From contig JAEOUA010000006.1 in the NCBI GenBank assembly GCA_016839555.1, positions 480,001 to 544,000 on the forward strand: DNA of 64,000 nucleotides, written 5' to 3'. The stretch's first letter is position 1, and each line of letters begins with the position of its first letter. The notes beneath the pieces are model-generated. The model was not told where the DNA came from. It was given only the letters and a program-made list of their open reading frames with translations, and did no database searches. This document shows, piece by piece, positions 59,399-64,000 of the stretch. Source of the DNA: Promethearchaeota archaeon (GTDB taxonomy: Archaea > Asgardarchaeota > Lokiarchaeia > Sigyniarchaeales > SOKP01). Position numbers and translations under genes: made by a program.

Positions 59399-59878
59399 CT
59401 ATGGATTTTTCTCTATTTTTGAGCCTTTTCTTTTAAAATAATATTTTCTGAGATAATGTCCTGGTCTCTTGAAGCCCCCATATTCTTCAATTAGGTCTTT
59501 TAAGCCATTTCTTTTTGATATTTTTTTCTTAAACTTTTCGTATTCTTCTTTGGAAAGTTCTTCTTCGTTCAATAAAAAATTTAAAATTTCTATAGCTTGT
59601 TCCTTATGAGAACATCTTCTTATAAAGTCAATGACTGTAGGATTTGTTAATTCTTTTATATTAGAATTCATCTCATTTTCATTAGTTTCTTCACCTATAG
59701 ATTCTACATCATAATCAATAGAATCTATTTTTAACATCTTCTTTTCTTCTTGCATTTCGTTCATTAGATGGGGTAAATATTTACTTAATTCGTTTTTATC
59801 ATAATCCACATTTAAACCATTTTCCCTATTAATTTTTGGTTTTTTAAAGTTATTTTTATTATTTTCTTTTTTATTCAT
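59399..59878 (-). CDS. DUF2095 family protein
   Basis: YLPHLMNE, PTVIDFIRRC...AIEILNFL, FKRPGHYLRKY. Confidence 0.8.
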   Translation of the reverse strand: MNKKENNKNNFKKPKINRENGLNVDYDKNELSKYLPHLMNEMQEEKKMLKIDSIDYDVESIGEETNENEMNSNIKELTNPTVIDFIRRCSHKEQAIEILNFLLNEEELSKEEYEKFKKKISKRNGLKDLIEEYGGFKRPGHYLRKYYFKRKGSKIEKNP

Positions 59879-60114
59879 CGATTTTCACTTCATATCAATA
59901 TTTGTATCGATTCTAATATTGTCCTTAATTTTTTAAATGAAGAGTAAAAAATAAATTTATAGCTTTGAAAAATAATATAAAATCTAATTTATATAAACCA
60001 CAAAATTGTTCATTTCTAATAATTTAAAGAAGAAAACTATAATTCTCGAAAAATTGAAATAGTTTCAAATATTTAAATCACTACTAAAATTAAGCATGTA
60101 ATTATAGGTAAATC

Positions 60115-61038
60115 ATGAAAATTCTCATTTCTGATAAAATACATCAAAAGGGTATCAAAATTTTAGAGGAAAATGGGTTTGAAGTAAGTAAGAAGTTTTC
60201 AATAAGCCAGGAAGATCTTAGAGAAGAGATTGCGAATTATGATGGAATTATTATTCGATCTAATACAAAATTATTCAGTGAGGAGCTTAAAAGATCAAAG
60301 AATTTAAAGGTTATAGGGAGGGCGGGCGTAGGATTGGATAATATTGATGTAGAAGAGGCGGAAAAATTAGGAATAAAAGTATTTAATACATCGAAAGCAC
60401 CTTCCATTTCCGTCGCGGAATTAACGATGGGACTTATAATTAGTTTATTAAGAAATATAACGAAAGCAGATAAAACAATGCATTGTGGAGATTGGTTTAA
60501 AAGGGATTATATGGGTTTTGAACTTAAGGGTAAAAAAATAGGTTTAATTGGTTTTGGGAATATAGGAACGGAAGTAGCTAAAAGAGCAGCAGCATTTGAT
60601 ATGATAATTGGGATATACGATGTAGATAAGAAAGCTAAGCAGAAAGCAAAAGATTTAGGATATATTGTGTATCCCTCTGTTGATGTGCTAATAAAAGAAT
60701 CACAAATTATTTCACTTCATATTCCCTCCACAGTAAAGACGGAAAATACAATAAATGAACGAAGATTAAATTTGATGGATAAAGATAATTTGATCATTAA
60801 TACTGCTAGAGGAAATCTTGTTGATGAAGTGGCCTTATTAAAAGCTTTAAAGGAAAACAAGATAAAAGGTGCTGCTTTAGATGTATTTCGAAGAGAACCT
60901 ATAGATAATATGGATTTATGTAATTTTGAAGGCAATTTAATACTAACTCCTCATATTGGAAGCCAAACAGTTGAAACTCAAGTAAACGCGAGCGTGAGTA
61001 TAGCAAAAAAAGTTTCGAATTATTTAAAAAATTTATAA
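60115..61038 (+). CDS. serA: D-isomer 2-hydroxyacid dehydrogenase, SerA-like (no ACT domain)
   Basis: GRAGVGLDNID, SVAEL, GFGNIG, INTARG, ALDVF..EP, TPHIG. Confidence 0.8.
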   Translation: MKILISDKIHQKGIKILEENGFEVSKKFSISQEDLREEIANYDGIIIRSNTKLFSEELKRSKNLKVIGRAGVGLDNIDVEEAEKLGIKVFNTSKAPSISVAELTMGLIISLLRNITKADKTMHCGDWFKRDYMGFELKGKKIGLIGFGNIGTEVAKRAAAFDMIIGIYDVDKKAKQKAKDLGYIVYPSVDVLIKESQIISLHIPSTVKTENTINERRLNLMDKDNLIINTARGNLVDEVALLKALKENKIKGAALDVFRREPIDNMDLCNFEGNLILTPHIGSQTVETQVNASVSIAKKVSNYLKNL

Positions 61039-61114
61039 GAATTATCTTAGTAATAAAATTATAAAACTGCTTTTAATTTATTACATTATAATTCAAACAA
61101 GAATATGATGAATT

Positions 61115-61699
61115 ATGAAATCTGGATACAAATATCTAAAAGAAACATTTGAAAAGCATGAAAAGTCCTACGAGACACCAGAGTGGTATAGGGCAATAAA
61201 ATATAGAAAAGGAAGATCAATCCAGAGGATTGATAAGCCAACAAAAATATACAGAGCAAGAGAGCTCGGATATAAAGCAAAACAGGGTTATATTGTAGTA
61301 AGAGCTCGGATTCGAAAAGGAGGTATGCACAAAATTCGCCCCAAGGGAGGCAGAAAAAATAGAGCCATGGGAGTTTCAAAATATACGACGGGGAAAAATT
61401 TGCAATGGGTTGCTGAAGAGAGAGCACAGAAAAAATTTCCAAATTTAGAAGTGTTAAATAGTTATAAAATTTACTCTGATGGAAAACACCATTATTATGA
61501 AGTCATTTTAGTGGATCCTTATCATCCTGTAATAAAATCCGATCCAAAGATAAATTGGATTTGTGCCCCCTCACATAAAAGAAGAGTAAACAGGGGTAAG
61601 ACATCTGCTGGTAAAAAATCCAGAGGATTATATAAAAAAGGATGGGGTTCGGAAAAAACACGTACAAGTATTAAAGCAAAAAAGAGTCGTAGAAATTAA
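61115..61699 (+). CDS. rpl15e: Large ribosomal subunit protein eL15
   Basis: KPT...ARELGYKAKQG, AEERA..KFPNLEVLNSY, EVILVDP.HP, RGKTSAGKKSRGL. Confidence 0.97.
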   Translation: MKSGYKYLKETFEKHEKSYETPEWYRAIKYRKGRSIQRIDKPTKIYRARELGYKAKQGYIVVRARIRKGGMHKIRPKGGRKNRAMGVSKYTTGKNLQWVAEERAQKKFPNLEVLNSYKIYSDGKHHYYEVILVDPYHPVIKSDPKINWICAPSHKRRVNRGKTSAGKKSRGLYKKGWGSEKTRTSIKAKKSRRN

Positions 61700-61849
61700 G
61701 TTATTTTTCATAAAAGTATTGGAGCCTTTTTTTATCTTTTACTAAAAATCTTAAATTTCCATAATATTAAACTTATTGATTAATGATTTATATTATTTCT
61801 TAAAATATATTTATATAATAAACTAAATCATTAAATTAAGATAATAAAA

Positions 61850-63304
61850 ATGAAAGAATTTGAGCCGAAAATATTGAGTAAAGAAGAATTGAGAAGAATT
61901 TCTTCTGGGATAAATGAAGAGGAAATATTAGAATTTCAAAAGCATTCTTTAAATAATTTTGTAGAACCTTTAACAGTCATGGAGGCTAAGGAACCGGGCT
62001 CTCCATGGGTCAAGGTTATGGATCAGAAAGGGCAATTTAAAGAAATACTCGACTGCACCTCAATGAATTGGACACTAGCTTTAGGTTTTGCTCATCCTGA
62101 TGTTAACTACGCTGCTTTAGAGCAAATGAAAAGATTAACGCATGTTAGATATAATTGTTTAACTCCCGCGAGAGCAAAATTTTGTAATAAACTGGCAGAA
62201 ATTGTACCTGGAAAACTAAAGGGAGGAAAAGTAATATTAAATAATGAAGGTGGAGGTCTTGCCAATGAGGCGGCGATGAAATTAGCGATGATTGCTTCAA
62301 GAGGGGCTGATCATTTTGGAACCTTTTGGCATGGGTATCACGGAAGTTCTCTAATTACAGCAACGTTATCTCAGCCCCTTCATGCGGTTACAAGATTTGA
62401 TTCTTTTGGCATAGGGCATTTCACAAGAATGCCTTATCCCTACTGCTATCGATGCATGTGGAATTATAAGAATGGATTATATGGTGAGAAAGATCCAGAC
62501 TGTAATATGGAGTGCTTTCAAATTGTCGAGAAATACTTAAAGGGTATGGCCCCAAAGAAAATGGCCGGCGTCATTTTAGAACCAATTCAAGGGGCGGGAG
62601 GACAGGTTCCAGCGCCTCCAAAATGGTTAAGAAAATTGAAAGAATTATGTGAAGAAGAAAACATTTATTTGATCTATGATGAATGTCAAACGTGTATGTG
62701 GCGCACTGGTAAGTATTTCACGGTATCTGAGCGATATGAAAAAGAAAGAGGAATAGATGTATCCCCAGATATGATGACATTTACTAAAGCAATTGGAGGT
62801 GGATTTCCGCTTGGTGCCATGATTGCTACTCCAAAAATAAGGAAAACTTTTACGCCCACAGAAGAGCACACCACTTTCAGCTCAAGCCCATTAAGCTGCG
62901 CAACAGGTTTAGCCGCAATTAAAGTTATCCAAAAGGAGAATCTTGGAGAAAATTGTGAAAAGATGGGAAATAAAATCACAAAACGAATGAAAGAGCTTCA
63001 GGAGATATATGAAGTTATTGGCGATATTAGGGGACCAGGATTATTTATAGGTGTTGAGATGGTAAAAGATAGAGAAACAAAAGACCCGTTTACAGAATTA
63101 GTTGAGGAAATGATTCTTTTAGCCCCAGAATATAATTTATATTTGGGAGAATCAATGCCCATTTTATCTGCTCGAGGAGAATTGCTTATGAGAAATGTGT
63201 TGAAAATCAAGCCTCCTTTAGTGATAACAGAAGAAGATACAGAATTTATCATGGAAAATTTCGAGAAAGTGCTCAAAGAAGCTTTAAACAAGGTTGAAAA
63301 ATAA
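61850..63304 (+). CDS. Class III PLP-dependent aminotransferase
   Basis: ANEAAMKLA, GYHG, EPIQGAGG, DECQT..WRTG, TKAIGGG, RGPGLFIGVE, KPPL. Confidence 0.92.
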   Translation: MKEFEPKILSKEELRRISSGINEEEILEFQKHSLNNFVEPLTVMEAKEPGSPWVKVMDQKGQFKEILDCTSMNWTLALGFAHPDVNYAALEQMKRLTHVRYNCLTPARAKFCNKLAEIVPGKLKGGKVILNNEGGGLANEAAMKLAMIASRGADHFGTFWHGYHGSSLITATLSQPLHAVTRFDSFGIGHFTRMPYPYCYRCMWNYKNGLYGEKDPDCNMECFQIVEKYLKGMAPKKMAGVILEPIQGAGGQVPAPPKWLRKLKELCEEENIYLIYDECQTCMWRTGKYFTVSERYEKERGIDVSPDMMTFTKAIGGGFPLGAMIATPKIRKTFTPTEEHTTFSSSPLSCATGLAAIKVIQKENLGENCEKMGNKITKRMKELQEIYEVIGDIRGPGLFIGVEMVKDRETKDPFTELVEEMILLAPEYNLYLGESMPILSARGELLMRNVLKIKPPLVITEEDTEFIMENFEKVLKEALNKVEK

Positions 63305-63384
63305 ATAATCCTTTGTAAATACTTTTTCTTTTTTTCTTTAATTATAAGATTTATAGAAAGTAAAAATAGGATAAAAAAAAGGAA

Positions 63385-64000
63385 TTAAAATTTATTTATT
63401 GAGATTGTCATTCCCCCATCAAGAATGATATTTTGCCCTGTAATATAATTTGCTTGCGGAGATGCTAAAAATAATGCAATATCTGCGACCCAATCAGGAT
63501 CACCTATTTTATCAATGGGTAATTTCACATTTCGACTATCTAAAAATTGCCGAATTAGTTTTGGGTCATTATTATAAATCGGCGTTAAAAACACACCAGG
63601 AGAGATTGCGTTCACTGTAATATCGCTAGAACCTAGTTCAAGAGCCCAGAGTTTTGTGAATGCTATCAAGCCTGCCTTACTCGCACTATATATCCCAATG
63701 AGTGGATTTAGACCATTTTGAGTCCCGGCACAAGAAGCAATATTGATTATTTTTCCTCTAACTGGTTTAAACTGTCTTTGTCTCTTCATATTTCTAAAGA
63801 AAGATTTTGTGACATTCCAAGCACCTTTTAAATTTACCCCCATAACACTATCATATACCTTCTCTTTTGCTTTTAATGAACTATAGAGCCCACCATCAAT
63901 TCCCGCATTATTAATCAAAAGAAATATATTATCAAAGGTATCAAAAACTTCTTTTGCCATGTTTTTAACTTGACCTGAATCAGAGATATCTGCTTTAATT
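63385..64000 (-). CDS. Short-chain dehydrogenase/reductase, 5' end beyond the window
   Basis: NNAG, NIAS, YSASK, VNAISPG, ITGQ..DGG; frame stays open (IKADISD...) to the window edge. Confidence 0.92.
   Translation of the reverse strand, partial: IKADISDSGQVKNMAKEVFDTFDNIFLLINNAGIDGGLYSSLKAKEKVYDSVMGVNLKGAWNVTKSFFRNMKRQRQFKPVRGKIINIASCAGTQNGLNPLIGIYSASKAGLIAFTKLWALELGSSDITVNAISPGVFLTPIYNNDPKLIRQFLDSRNVKLPIDKIGDPDWVADIALFLASPQANYITGQNIILDGGMTISINKF

Noticed and set aside
1-64000. CRISPR arrays, IS elements, rRNA genes
   Set aside because: No regularly spaced repeats, transposase ORFs, terminal inverted repeats or rRNA-like GC-rich tracts seen by eye

Overview
An AT-rich archaeal chromosomal segment, most likely from an Asgard archaeon of the Lokiarchaeia type. 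This rests on a Rab-like GTPase, a folliculin/NPRL2-like longin (uDENN) protein and a membrane HEAT-solenoid protein alongside archaeal core genes (MCM, GINS, Topo VI, Smc-ScpAB, Orc1/Cdc6-like, rpl15e, ValRS, LysX/Z/K). It holds about 40 CDS, two MoxR-vWA systems, a tRNA-Ala(CGC) with a 30-nt bulge-helix-bulge (BHB) intron at non-canonical position 25/26, and no recognisable IS, integrase or CRISPR array. The main signals the ORF track misses or does not explain: (1) top6B really starts at ATG 32091 and is interrupted after codon 34 by a ~32-nt structured, stop-containing, frame-breaking insert that folds like a relaxed BHB, a candidate endonuclease-spliced intron in a protein-coding gene; (2) an unannotated 77-nt box C/D guide RNA (59231-59307, minus) whose D-guide predicts 2'-O-methylation of the 23S P-loop G2251; (3) a 1481-aa Smc in an smc-scpA-scpB operon with no recognisable hinge or zinc hook; (4) apparently inactive transglutaminase and Cdc6 homologues; (5) a decayed head-to-head kinase/PPP-phosphatase pair; (6) probable ATA and ATC start codons. 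All family calls come from motif recognition by eye; no database search was run.
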